This document shows positions 1-12,061 of a DNA stretch of 64,000 bases, one piece after another. The notes below the pieces were generated by a model. The model searched no databases, was not told the origin of the DNA, and was given only the letters and a program-made list of their open reading frames with translations. Numbering within the stretch: the stretch's first letter is position 1; each line of letters begins with the position of its first letter. The DNA comes from Dipteris shenzhenensis (Eukaryota), in assembly GCA_047967505.1 (NCBI GenBank), contig CM106538.1; one strand, given 5' to 3'. Made by a program: the position numbers and the translations under genes.

Positions 1-1975
1 AACAATCCAGGCGTTGAGGATTCGCCCACCAACCTTCACTGAAGGCAAGCTAGATGGTACAAACTACACTCTGTGGAAGATTAAAATTATTGCTATTCTA
101 GATTCATATGAGCTTCTGGAGACAGTACTGGGGACTGACCCAGAAACATAAGGAGCCCTCGACCCAGCAAATCCAGGGAGTACTATACCTCCTAATGCCG
201 ACCTTCTACGAGCTTGGAAATGCAAGAACACAGATGTTCTATGTACTCTGGTTATAAGTACTTCTCATAGTGTATTGACCTTGATTTAGCATACATCTAA
301 GGAAACTATGGCCTGGAACATATTGAAGAGTCAGTATGAGACGTGGAATCAGACAAGGATCCAGAACCTGGAGAATCAACTTGCAGTTGAGAAGTTTAAT
401 GAAGGAGAGACAGCAGAGGCATTCATAACCCAAATCAAAAATCTATGTGACCAGATGGCTGGTGCTGGGATACAAAAGACTAGCGAAGAGCTAGCTTAGC
501 GGTGTCTTCAGATATGTCCACCAAGGTCTGATGGACTAGTAACAGTGCTTAACACTCAGGTGAGACCCCAGCCATTGTCATTTGAGGATTTCTGTGCTTT
601 ACTTATGGAGGAGGAATTGAGGCTTAAAGCTCGATATGGAGGTGGCAATGGGGATGGTGGGTTTTCTGCCACTGCAAAAGGCAAAGGTGGTTCCTCCACC
701 AAAGGTGAGTCCTCTACTAGTGGTGACAAAATGAAGAAGGGTGGCAAGAAGAAGTTTTAAGGAGAATGCTTCTACTGCAAGAAGAAGGGCCATGTGATTG
801 CATATTGTCAGGTCAAGAAAGCAGATGAAAAGAATGGTACCCTGAAGAAGACAGATAAGGGGAAAGAGACAGCTAACACAATGGAAGTAGAGTTGGATCT
901 ATTTCTAGCCATTGTGGAAGAGTGTTCCTTAGTTCAAGAACTATCAACCATTGATTCATGGGTGTTGGATAGTGGCGCCTCCCATCACATGACCTGCAAG
1001 AAGGGTCTATATTGTTCCATGTAGCCTCTATAAGAACCCATCACCATGACAGTTGGAAATAATGCAAAATGCCCTATTGAGGATATAGGTATGGTTTCAT
1101 TTGTTTCTATAAATGGAGATGTTAAGAAACTATCTAATGTGCTGAATGTTCCACAAATCAAGAGAAATTTGCTATTAGTTGCTTCCATAATTGACCTTGA
1201 CCATGAGGTGAGGTTCAACAAGATAGGAGCAAAAATTCTAGATAGTGCTGGCAATCTTGTTGGCACAGGAGTAAGGAGGAACAACTTGTATGAGCTAAGT
1301 GCTCTTATAGCCACTGCTGGAGTGGGCACAAGCAGACTTTGGCATGAAAGATTTGGCCACATCGGATTTGCAGTGCTGAAGGAGATGTAGAAGCAGGGTA
1401 TGTTGCTCACTTACCTCTATAGTAGCAAAAATCAAAGAACCATGTGAAGCTTGCATGATGGGCAAGCAACAGAGAAAGGCATTCCCACAAGAAAGCAAGA
1501 ATCGAGCAAACGCTCCTCTAGAGTTGATACATGTTGACTTGTGCGGTAAGATGCCTATACAGGCCTTGGGGGGATCTTCCTATTTTTTATTGATTGTCGA
1601 TGACTATAGTAGGAAGATGTGGTGTACTTTCTTCGCAAAAAGGCTCAAGCTTTTGGTATATTGAAAGAATGGCTACAGCTTGTTGAAAATGAAACAGGGA
1701 GAAAAGTGAAGAAAATTAGATCGGATGGTGGTGGTGAGTTTGTTTCTACAGAGTTTGGAGATTTTTGCAAGAGCAAAGGGATCAAGCGACAAATGACGAC
1801 ACCACATACGCCTTAGCAAAATTTGGTTGTTGAATGAATGCAGACCACCGTGGAGATGGGGAGGTGTATGTTGAAAGGTGCTAGACTGCCAAACCACTTT
1901 TGGGCTGAGGCTGTCAATACTGTGGTTTACATCCTTAATCGCAGCTATACAAAGGTACTCAAAGGTAAAACACAC
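1..1975 (+). mobile_element. Ty1/copia family A, copy 1: degenerate gag-pol fragment (Gag, zinc knuckle, protease, integrase), truncated within integrase
   Basis: Fragmented + ORFs carry copia motifs: GECFYCKKKGH knuckle (~761-810), WVLDSGASHHMT protease (~960), LWHERFGH...CEAC, LELIHVDLCG, KKIRSDGGGEF and FWAEAVNT. There are many in-frame stops. The region is colinear with 10830-12061 plus 17596-18038. Confidence 0.93.
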
Positions 1976-2175
1976 ATGAGGATGCAGTACGATATGCTAA
2001 TTGCTGGAACAAAGAGTGGCAATATATGGGGGTTGAGGACCGTTGGGAGCATGTGGATTCGATAGCATGGAGTTGGAGCACAACAAAAGTTCCAAATAAA
2101 AGAAGTAAGGTCAAAATAAGACAAAATGCAATCTTGAAAGTGCAAGAGAATCTTCAAATCTTGAGAACAATAGTG
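1976..2175 (+). pseudogene. Possible C-terminal fragment of a DNA-transposon protein
   Basis: Reads YANCWNKEWQYMGVEDRWEHVDSIAWSW...KVQENL immediately after the abrupt end of copia homology. The Trp-rich pattern resembles C-termini of bryophyte/fern DNA-transposon proteins, from recall only. Confidence 0.3.
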
Positions 2176-3034
2176 GGAAGGACGGTTTGTGTGTTGATGA
2201 TTTCTTGGATGATTAGAGAAAGATAAAGTCCCTTTGAGCAAAACATCAATTTATGCATGGCAAAGATAAATTGTAAAGATAGGATGATCTTCTTTTATGA
2301 ATGTTAATTGTACTCAGCATCGCAATCTACTTCTTTGTACTTGGTCGTATTTTAAGAAGCAAGTTATTTATTTAGCCTAATTTTTGTGCTCTTTTTTGTG
2401 CTTGATCATTGAAACTCAATTGTGTGTTATGAATGTTAATTAGAATCTATCTTTGTATTCCATGTTTCTATATTCATTCATTCAAACATGGTCTTGTTTT
2501 ATAAAGCTTATTTTGAGTAAGAATTGTATTTAGTTAAAAATTATTATTTATTATGTTAATTAATAATAATTAAGTCAATTAATAATAATTGTTCTTAATT
2601 ATCTTGATTAACGAAATCAATATATAACAAGTTTGTAGTAGTCAACTACGTTAATGAAGTTTCTAAGAGATTTAAAAAGCTACAACTCATTGTAGTTAGC
2701 ACATGGAAATAAATACATGCATGTGCAATGTTTTCTAATGGAAGTACTCAAAATCATAAACACATTGAACATACAACACATCATAAACATGGAAAGCATG
2801 CAAAACAAATCGTGACCTTAGCTCATATATTGGCCACAAAATCGTTTAGTCCAATTTGATTGTAAATATTTCACAAATCATGACAAAACATGCAAGAAGC
2901 CACTAACATAAAAACAAAACTTGAGAATTTTAAGCAAGCTCCATTGAACAAAAAAGAGCATATTTTCATCTTTGAAAACCAAATTGGAGAGTTCCAATTT
3001 CATGGAATTTTCTCATTTTTCCTAATACGGTCTT

Positions 3035-3714
3035 GTTGAAAGAAAAATGAGCAAAGAGCAAAGAGAGAAATTCAATAAGCTTTGTGTCCTCAATAGTCCT
3101 GAGATGCAAAGATGGGTGAAGAGATATGAAGAGGTTAAAGCAAAAATCATAAATGAGGGCGAGATTTAGAGTCATGCATAGGAGGAGGGTGCCATATACA
3201 CTGGACCTTGCTCTTCTCCCTAGACACAAGAAGCTCTCCATGAAGTCGAACATGAAGGAGAGGATATAACTGATTGAGAGTGGGAGATTGTAATCAGATT
3301 TATGTCACATGTGAGTTTTTAACCTTTCTACTTAATTTGGGTATTTATGATCACAATTGCTACAAAATGCATTCTCATTATTTTAATCATGTTCTTTTGT
3401 AGTACAAAAAGTATAGTGCATTGTGGTCACATAAACAACATTTTCATGGGGAACGCATTGATTCAAGGAGAGTCACATATGATTGTGGAGTCATGGCTAA
3501 CTTTGTACGAGATAGTTGAGCAAGTGCTTTTGATACCAATCTTCTCTCCTCGTAGTTAGATTATCATGGGACCACATGTGACATTTATGAAGTTGATTTT
3601 AGAAGATTTAGTATTTTCGTTCTTGATGTCAAATGGTTTAGAACTATTTACAATGGTCCCAATGCTATAGTTAGGAGAGACAAATGTAGTTTTGTGGCCA
3701 TTGACTCCATCAGA
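3035..3714 (+). mobile_element. CACTA/En-Spm transposase 3' fragment
   Basis: Clearly homologous by eye to 20966-21676 (MSKEQREKFNK.CVLNSPEM, TYDCGVMA.F, YEVDFRRF...LDVKWF), including the same intron-like AT segment. Confidence 0.85.
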
Positions 3715-4488
3715 GCTCTCTTTTGGGAGTGCTGCAGTCACTTGGAGCAACAAGAAACAGCCTACAGTTGCCTTGTCGAGCACAGAGGCTGAGTACAGGG
3801 GTGCAACAATGGCTGCATGTGAGGTAGCTTGGTTGCGTAAGCTACTTTATGATATGCATCAGTCTATAGATGGTCCATTTTTCATTTATTGTGACAACAT
3901 GAGCAGTATACACTTGGCAAATAACCCAGTCTATCATGCTAGAGCAAAGCACATTGAGGTGCATTATCACTATGTGCGGGAGAAGGTTCTAGTAGGTCTT
4001 ATTGATCTGGTTTATGTCAGCACAGAGGATCAAGTAGCTAACATATTCACGAAGGCATTGGGTGCAGAGAAGCTGCGCAAGTTCAGAGACCTGCTTGGTG
4101 TGCATAAATTGGGATTGAGCTCGAGGGGGAGTGTTGAGATATCGAGCTCCACTCATGATATGCCAGGGTGACTGTTGTGCATTTATGTCACCAACTTGTT
4201 AGCTGCAGATGCAGTTGGTACACTGCCCATGAATAATAGCCGATGACAGCTATCTTTATGTACTCTAATTAGTGGCTCAGTTAGTATGCCAACTAGGTTA
4301 GTTGAGTTTGGTTTGAGACCCACATATAGGGTTCATCTATTCCTTTTGTACTTAGAGAGAGTTCTTTTGGCTTTCACAACTAAGAAGAGGAAAACTATTT
4401 TCAGCCTGCACCTTTGTGTGTATTCCCCCATTGTATATGTGAGAAAGCTACAAGTGAGACTTCTTACTTCTCTCCCACTCTCTTCACA
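3715..4488 (+). mobile_element. Ty1/copia family B, 3' fragment (RNase H end, PPT, 3' LTR 4132-4488)
   Basis: [15 protein letters not shown] and [12 protein letters not shown] motifs. PPT GAGGGGGAG precedes TGTTGAGATATCGAG...TCTTCACA, homologous to the LTRs at 12062 and 17271. No 5' part or TSD is present. Confidence 0.92.
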
Positions 4489-5995
4489 AGGGGTGCACAA
4501 GTTAGACCAACTAGCTACAAAGAGGGCGACATTAGCTATGTTTGTGTCCCTTGAAACAAAGAAGAAATGGCTTGGGCACACAATGTTGAAGATGTTGTCA
4601 ATTAAAAGGACCAACATGGCTCCAGTGGTTGAATGTAGAGTAGAATCAATGCACGATCATCTCGATTCGAGTAGTTTGTGGGCTTCAACAGAACACAAGA
4701 AAAGAAGAGGCAGCCTTAGTGCAGAAGTCATTGCTATAGTGACAACATTCTGGCATGAAAATATGAGAGTTTCTCCAATTAGAAAGGACATTTGTAAGAA
4801 GCAGATGGGATGCAAGGTGTTTGAGGAGCACATCATACACATGCTAGATACAACGCACGTCAGTGGTGCCTAAACCAGCCCGATGGTTGTTTGTGATTGA
4901 GCTTTGGGATAGTTTACTTGTTTCATTTCTTAAACCAGGCTTGGACTAAATGTGATTGTCATAAGCTGGCGCGGTGGTTGGAGCATCATCACATGCAACC
5001 GTAGGCTGGTTTAGCTCAATCACTAGTTATGTGATTGTCTTAAACTAGCATGGTTGAATAGACATTAGTTGTTGTCCAGCCCAGTGGCATGGTTGAGAAA
5101 AAATTAACAGCGATATATTTTGCAATAAATTCTTATTTTACTAAACCAGCCCGATGGTTGAAACATCATGCAATCATGGCTACTTCAGCTAAATCACCAA
5201 TTATGTGATTGCCTTCAAGCAGTGTGGTTGAATAGACATTAGTTGTTGACCAACCCCGTGGTTGAAATTGTTGTGTTTCTTAGTACTTAAATTTGTTAAA
5301 TTTAATTTTCTACTATTTGGGTCATATACCACTGTTAAATTATGAAATTCAAAAATGAAGTGCAAAGAAGAAGTCGACACAATTGTGAGAAAATTAAAGG
5401 AGTTCATGGTCTACACAACATATGGGGATTTTCAAACAACCAACTGATTAAAACGAGAAAACTTTCTTGTTTCTACAGTGCATGCATCATAGGGATCATG
5501 ATGATTGTGAGAACATTGCAACTATGAAGACATGGGAGTGAGTTCAAGTTTTTTTTCTCTACGTTCAGATGGAGTGACAAAGAATGGAGAGACAAATGAC
5601 TCACCACAATTTGGGGAGAGTTTCAATGACCTCATTGACTGTCTCAAAGAAGAGGATAACTTTGCAGTTGTCACAGATTTTGGGGAGAACGAAAAAGATG
5701 ACCCATACTTTCTATTGCAATGCACAAAACCTTACGTACAAGGTTGAGGAAACATTTTAATTATAATTGGGGAACAACCTATGAGAAGTGGGATGTAGTA
5801 GTTGGAGCTTTTTGGTACAAAAAAACATCCAAGAGAGGCCACATTTATGAACTGCTACATAAGAGTCCACAAACATGTGTGTACTCTCATCTAGTAAGAG
5901 CTATTAAGTTCTAGATGCAACCTGTGCCACAACAAAAGAAGGGCAAGAGTGTCTTCAAATTGGATTTAGACACGCATGAGCACATCTTGGGGTGT
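4489..5995 (+). pseudogene. Degenerate DNA-transposase-like sequence with a repeat-filled intron-like gap
   Basis: Protein-like pieces: FWHENMRVSPIRKD...HMLDTT (4740-4860), IKGVHGLHNIWGF...TRKLSCFYSAC (5390-5490) and DDPYFLLQCTK...VVVGAFWYKK...VYSHLV (5700-5910). These are separated by stops, frameshifts and an AAACCAGC-rich repeat block. Superfamily not established. Confidence 0.5.
4870..5270. repeat. Degenerate short repeats (TAAACCAGCC / TGGTTG / ATGTGATTG units)
   Basis: Recurrent taaaccagcccgatggttg at ~4871 and ~5142, and tggttgaatagacattagttgtt at ~5051 and ~5225. Confidence 0.7.
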
Positions 5996-6109
5996 CTTGG
6001 AGCGATAGACGAGGATGACTGAGATAGTACTAAGAAAATGTATGGTCTCATTGGAAGGAAACAATATGTCCACTTGTCCTAAAATATGGAATTTGTATTT
6101 GAGTCTTTT

Positions 6110-6950
6110 TAGTATATCCCATGCTTGTTTTAAGTATATCCCAACAACCACTGCGCTGGTTTCCCATAACGAATCCACACATCCTACAAATCCATTCATC
6201 TTGTAATAATAGAAGCAAACCACCATGCTAGTGGCTATTAATATCCTAGTGCAAACCAACCACTATGCTGGCGATAACTTATCCTACACTACTACCGTGC
6301 TATCGCTACACTACTATTGGGCTATCCTAAAATTTGTTGCATAGTGCTATACTAAAACAATGCCGTTTAGACTTTTTATCGTTTTGTTAACCGTCATATT
6401 TCATCCCATGCTTGTTTTTAGTATATCCCAAGAACTACCGCACTAGTTTCCCTACGAATCCACACATCCTACAAATCCATTCATCTTGTAATAATAGAAG
6501 CAAACCACTACACTGGTGGTTGTTAATATCCTAGTGCAACCAACCACCACGCTGGTGATAACTTATGCTACACTAATCCTACACTACTACGGTGCTATCC
6601 CTACACTACTACCATGCCATCCTTAAATTTGTTGCATGCACTATGCTAAAATAGATCCCTTTAGACTGTTTATTGTTTTGTTAACCATTAGGTTTTATCC
6701 CATGCCTACTTTTAGTATATCCCAACAACCACCACATTGGTTTCTCATAACAAATCCACACATCCTACAAATCCATTCATCTTATAATAATAGAAGCAAA
6801 CCACCATGCTGGTGGCTGTTAATATCCTAGTGCAACCAACCACTGCACTGGCGATAACTTATCCTACACTACTACCATGCTATCCCTACACTCCTGCCGT
6901 GCTATCCTAAAATTTGTTGCACAATGCTAGTGCCCTTTAGACTGGTTATC
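6110..6950. repeat. Tandem repeat, ~290-bp unit, ~3 copies
   Basis: atcccatgc..gtatatcccaa..aatccacacatcctacaaatccattcatctt..atagaagcaaacca recurs at ~6116, ~6403 and ~6697. Confidence 0.9.
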
Positions 6951-6999
6951 AGTAACCATCATATTTCAACCACCGAGCTACTTAAAGCAGGTCGATACA

Positions 7000-9900
7000 A
7001 AATCAGGTATTATGAGCACCATGAAAAAGTCCACAAGTCCAAGAAATGTCTGCAAGATTTTTATTGTTTCAAAACACAATGCCATTTTGCTTTTTCAAGG
7101 AAATTCCAGACTCCCAACTATATTATCAGCCTGTCTATGGCAAGCATCTCCCAGCTCTTAAGGCCAGTCTGCAGCACAATGGCAAACCTCTTCACACACT
7201 CAGATTACACAGTGCTTGCTTGACTTTACCGACTTATATGCCCATAATAACTTCTCCTTTTGTTGGGGGTCCTCTTCATCCTTGTCTTTGGGCTCTATAA
7301 ATCTTCGCGCGTGTATCATGTTCTGCCAAAAGAAACCTACATCATGAGATTGACAAGTACCATACTGGAGCAAGAAAAACAATAGCCAGGGAAATTAATC
7401 ATTCAGCGTCTTTGTCGACTCCAAGTAATACACCCACCACCAAAGCATGTCCTCCTTGAAGCTATTTTCCTCCTTCTTGTCCGAGTCTATTTCTGTGAGG
7501 ATGCCATCCAACATCATTTTTAGATAGAACAACAGCATTCCAAAGTTATTTGGGTATGCTTGCACTGCACTTAAATAGGGGGAGAATTCAGTGAGCCCAA
7601 CCTTCTCAATCTTCATTCTTATGTTCGTTTGGTAATCGAAATCTTTGAGTTCATTAAGCTCGACCTTCTAATTCTTCAGTCTCATGTTAGTTGTCTAATC
7701 GAAATCTTTCATCTCACATTCGTTGTCTAATTGAAATCTTTCATCTCACATTAGTTCACCAATAAAAATTTTCTAGTCTCACATTAGTGATCTAATCAAA
7801 ATCTTTCATCTCATTATTATCACCGCACTGGTGTGGATCAAAGAACACTATCTAGTTACAGAGCTGAGAAAACATTTCCCAAGTAAACTTTGGAGAAGAT
7901 TAACAATTCAATAGATTACACACAGATTACATAGATTACAATCTCAAAGACTCGTTTACTTCAGATTACATCTCAAGGACTCCTTGTTGAGCTCCCTGAT
8001 TACATGCTCAGCCCTCCTTGCTCCTTTCCAGAATGGGGATGGTTCCTTCTTGCAGGGGCCCGTTGGTTCCTCCCTTCAGGCTCCTTTCTTGATTTGAGCT
8101 TCCTGGTTGTAGGCTTGGCCCTTCTTGCTCCTTTCCTAAAGGGGCCCGTTGGTTCCTCCCTTCAGGCTCCTTTTTCTCGCAGTCAAGCTCGGGTCTTGGA
8201 CTTCTTCAATTTGAGCTCCTTGTCTATAAGATCTTTTGCCCGAATGGCAAATCAAGCTGAAGCATCTACTTTCTCATCGTAGATATTTGTAGTAGGAAGG
8301 CACATTTGATTCATCCATGACCTGGACAATGGCAAATGGCATTCTCTATAGCTAGATTTTGTATGCACAAACACTCCAAAGAAAAAAACATGCACAGGGT
8401 GGTAGCATGCAAGACATGGGATACAATAGTAATATATGATGGGGGTATGGCAGACCATGCATTGCGAACCCTATTGCATAGTGCATAGTAGGATAGGAAT
8501 ACAATTTAACTATTGTGGCCGTCAATACCACAGTTTTGCTCTATACATGACAAAGTTTCTTCTTGATTCCTTCCTCCCTCATCCTAAGGCTGCGGATGTT
8601 CTCCTCCACTTTTTGCTCACTCTGTGCAATAGCTTCATCTAAATCCCTCAACATCTATTGAAGCTGTGTAAATTGCTGAAAAACATCTTCATGGGCGATT
8701 TCCAAGACTTCCACTCTAGTTTGGAAATCTCTCAGGATGACAGAATGCTTTTCATAACTGTTGAAAGCCACATCAAACTCGACAACACATCTATTGTTAT
8801 CTTGTTGTAGGGTCTAGTAGCTTACTCTTTGGACTTCCAATAGTGTTTTGCAAAAACAACCCTCACCATGGCTATTGCAAATTGCTCCACTGTGGTGGCT
8901 GGAACTTGCTCCACTATGATGGCTAGAATTTACTCCACCATGGTGGCTAGAACTTGCTCCATCGTGGCTACTTTGTGCATCCTTCCTGGCCTAGGAAGCT
9001 TCCTTGTTGTCTTCTCCACCCTAGCTGCTCTCTACCTGAGATCCTTCATGGCATTGAAGCTCTCACGTAGTTCTTGCATCATCTTTCTAGTTTTTGCATT
9101 CTCCCTTTTTAGCTCCTCCATCATCTAGTCTTTTTCAATGTTCAATGCATTCTGCATGTTGCAGAGCCATTTGTAAAGACCCTCCTTTTTGACTCTATGA
9201 TCTTCAAGATCCTTTCGCATCTTTTCTTACTAGCTCCTTCTTTGCCATGTCCCCGTTATTTCTCACTTCTTCAAACCTATCTCAAAGCTCCTTCATGTGC
9301 TTCTCCGCTTCTTCTCTTCTATGACTTTCCATGTCGATCAATTTTGTAGCGGCCTCAGCTTGCTATTGTGCTTGCAAGGCCCTCGCTTTTGCCTCCTCTA
9401 TCTTGGCTTCTGCACCTTCCTTGAGATTTTTCTCAAGTTGCACTGCCTTTGCTACATCAGTGGCTTTCTCTTGTAGAAAAGTCACCCTCTGAGACATCTG
9501 CTTATCATATTGCTCAAAAATCCCTTTGAGGGTAGATGCCATCAGGTGCATGCAACTCCAGTGGACTGAGATGACAATTGGGATTTTCCATCCATGTAAT
9601 TCTTCAGGTTGGTTAACATGCTCTTAGAGATTGCCCTTGAGAAAGATACATCACATCCTTTCAATTGCTCTATTGCTGCTTGAACCTACCAGAACTTGTA
9701 GGTTCCTCTTGTATCAGGAAAGAATTGAATGGTCTTCTTCAACACATCTTGGAGGTCTATTGGCTAGCTCAAAATCTTGACTCCACAATCTTTACTAATC
9801 TAAGCATTGGGGTATACATCTAAAATATCTTGTCTCCTCCACTGCTTCTCAAAAAAGTATGCTTGCAAACTGCCTCCAGAAATTCCTAGAGCATTTTCAA

Positions 9901-10030
9901 TCATGCTTTCATTGATGGTAATCTTTTGACCTTGGTAGACTAGTTGCCCCTCCTTCACGCTCACCTCTTGTACCAACCTAGTGAAATGGTCGAGAGGGAT
10001 ATAAGCTGAAACAATGAAGGAAATAGAATA
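7000..10030 (-). pseudogene. Degraded multi-domain gene: N-terminal TE-accessory-like domain, coiled coil, RING-like Cys cluster, C-terminal helical domain
   Basis: Minus-strand pieces are 9800-10030 (LVQEV...GQKITINESMIENALGISGG), a coiled coil at ~8650-9550, CMVCHTP...PCLACYHP...RECHLPL at ~8300-8470, and in-frame pieces 7395-7616 and 7200-7382. Many stops. Confidence 0.5.
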
Positions 10031-10284
10031 GTGGAGGCTTGAGTTTGCAGTCTGATTGTCTGATTGCAAAGGAGAAAGAATGGTCGAAGAGGGATAGAGG
10101 ATGAAGAAGTGAAGGAAATGGAATAGTGGAGGCTTGATATTGCAAGGGAGAATGAAACGGTCGAGAGGGATAGAAGACAAAACGGTTAAGGAAATGGAAT
10201 AGCAGTTTGTAGCCCGACTACACCGTCAAGGTGAGAGCCACTGCGGTGGTTGTAGCCCAACTACTATCAAGATGAGAGCCATCA

Positions 10285-10689
10285 TGTTCCAAGACAGCCA
10301 GCGGCCCCCTCGGTGGGGGTTCAAGGGCGAGAGCCCCCGAGGCAATGGTACAGGGAATATTCCTTGAATATTCCATGGACGACTAGTTGGTTCCACTGAC
10401 TAGGTTGACTAGTCGATTCCACCAACTACATTGATCTGACTACTGCCCTCATAGCTATAAAGAGGTGGCCTCCCCAATCCATTGTATTAGATCATATCTT
10501 CCATCTAGTAGCTCTTCACCTAGTATCTATCTACATCACCATCTAAGCTCCACTGTGGGAGCGCATGGGTGGATGGAGCCATCATCTGTACTGCATCAGT
10601 ATTGAAGGAAAATTTTGTTTCTCTCCAGTTTGTTGTGTACTCTCTATTCTTTGTTCAGTTTTTGTTCCACGGTGCCATGTAATTTAACA
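10285..10689 (+). repeat. 5' LTR of copia A copy 2 (left boundary approximate)
   Basis: Starts TGTTCC and ends TTTAACA directly before the PBS. Contains a GGGGGTTCAAGGGCGAGAGCCCCC stem-loop and TATAAA at ~10456. No partner LTR is available to confirm the left edge. Confidence 0.65.
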
Positions 10690-10702
10690 TGGTATCAGAG
10701 CC
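10690..10702 (+). promoter_or_regulatory. Primer-binding site (tRNA-iMet type)
   Basis: TGGTATCAGAGCC, the canonical plant initiator-Met PBS. Confidence 0.92.
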
Positions 10703-12061
10703 TAGGCGGCTCTAAGGATCGAAGAATAGAAGAGAGGCAAGGGCTTCAATAGCATACGGAGTGATGGCAACAGGAAGCATCTCAACAAGAAGTGCGGCTC
10801 GAGTTCAATAGCTGCTACTACTGCACCAATAATCCAGGTTTTGAGGATTTTCCCACCAGCCTTCACTGAAGGCAAGGTAGATGGTACAAACTACACTTTG
10901 TGGAAATTTAAAATTACTACTATTCTAGATTTATATGAGCTTCTGGAGACAATACTGGGGACTAACCCAAAGCCACAAGGAACCCCTGACCCAGCAAATC
11001 CGGGGAGTATGATACCTCCTAATGCCAACCTTCTACAAGCTTGGAAATGCAGGAATGTAGATGCTCTGTGTGCCCTGGTTACAAGTACTACTGATAGTGT
11101 TTTGACCTTGATTCAGCATACATCTAAGGCAACTGTGGCTTGGAACATATTGAAGAGTCAGTATGAGAAGCGGAATCAAACAAGGATCCAGAACCTGGAG
11201 AATCAACTCCATCAGCTGAGAAGTTTAATGAAGGAGAAACAGCGGAGGCAATCATAACCCGAATTAAAAATCTGTGTTACCAGATGGCTAGTGCTAGGAT
11301 ACAAAAGACTAGCGAAGAGCTAGCTCAGCGGTGTCTCCAGATATGTCTACCAAGGTTTGATGGACTAGTAATAGCATTAACACTCATGTGAGACCCCAAC
11401 CATTGTCATTTGAGGAGTTCTGTGCTTTACTTATGGAGGAGGAATGGAGGCTTAAAGCTCGAGATGGAGGTAGCAATGGGGATACTACGTTCTCTACCAC
11501 TATGAAAGACAGGTGGTTCCTCCACCAAAGGTGAGTCCTCTACTAGTGGTGACAAAAAGAAGAAGGGTGGCTAGAAGAAGTTTCAAGGCGAATGCTTCTA
11601 CTGCAACAAGAAGGGCCATGTGACTGCAGAAAGTAGATGAAAAGAATGGTACCTTGAAGAAGACAAATAAGGGGAAAGAGACAGCTAACACGGTGAAAGC
11701 AGAGTTGGATCTATTTCTGGCCATTGAGGAAGAGTATTCCTCTGTTCAAGAAGCATCAACCACTGATTCATGGGTGTTGGATAGTGGTGCCTCCCATCAC
11801 ATGACCTGCAAGAAGGGTCTATATTATTCCATGCAGCCTCTATAGGAACCCATCACTATGACGGTTGGAAATAATGCAAAATGCCATATTGAGGGTACAA
11901 GTATGATTTCATTTGTTTCTGTAAATGGAGATGTTAAGAAACTATCTAATGTGTTGTATGTTCCATAAATCAAGAGAAATTTGCTATCAGTTGCTTCAAT
12001 AATGGACCTTGACCCATGAGGTGAGGTTCAACAAGACAGGAGCAAAAATTCTGGATAGTGC

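Noticed and set aside
10690-10702. tRNA gene at TGGTATCAGAGCC sites (also 12414 and 58030)
   Set aside because: These are only 13-nt tRNA-complementary primer-binding sites, with no cloverleaf.
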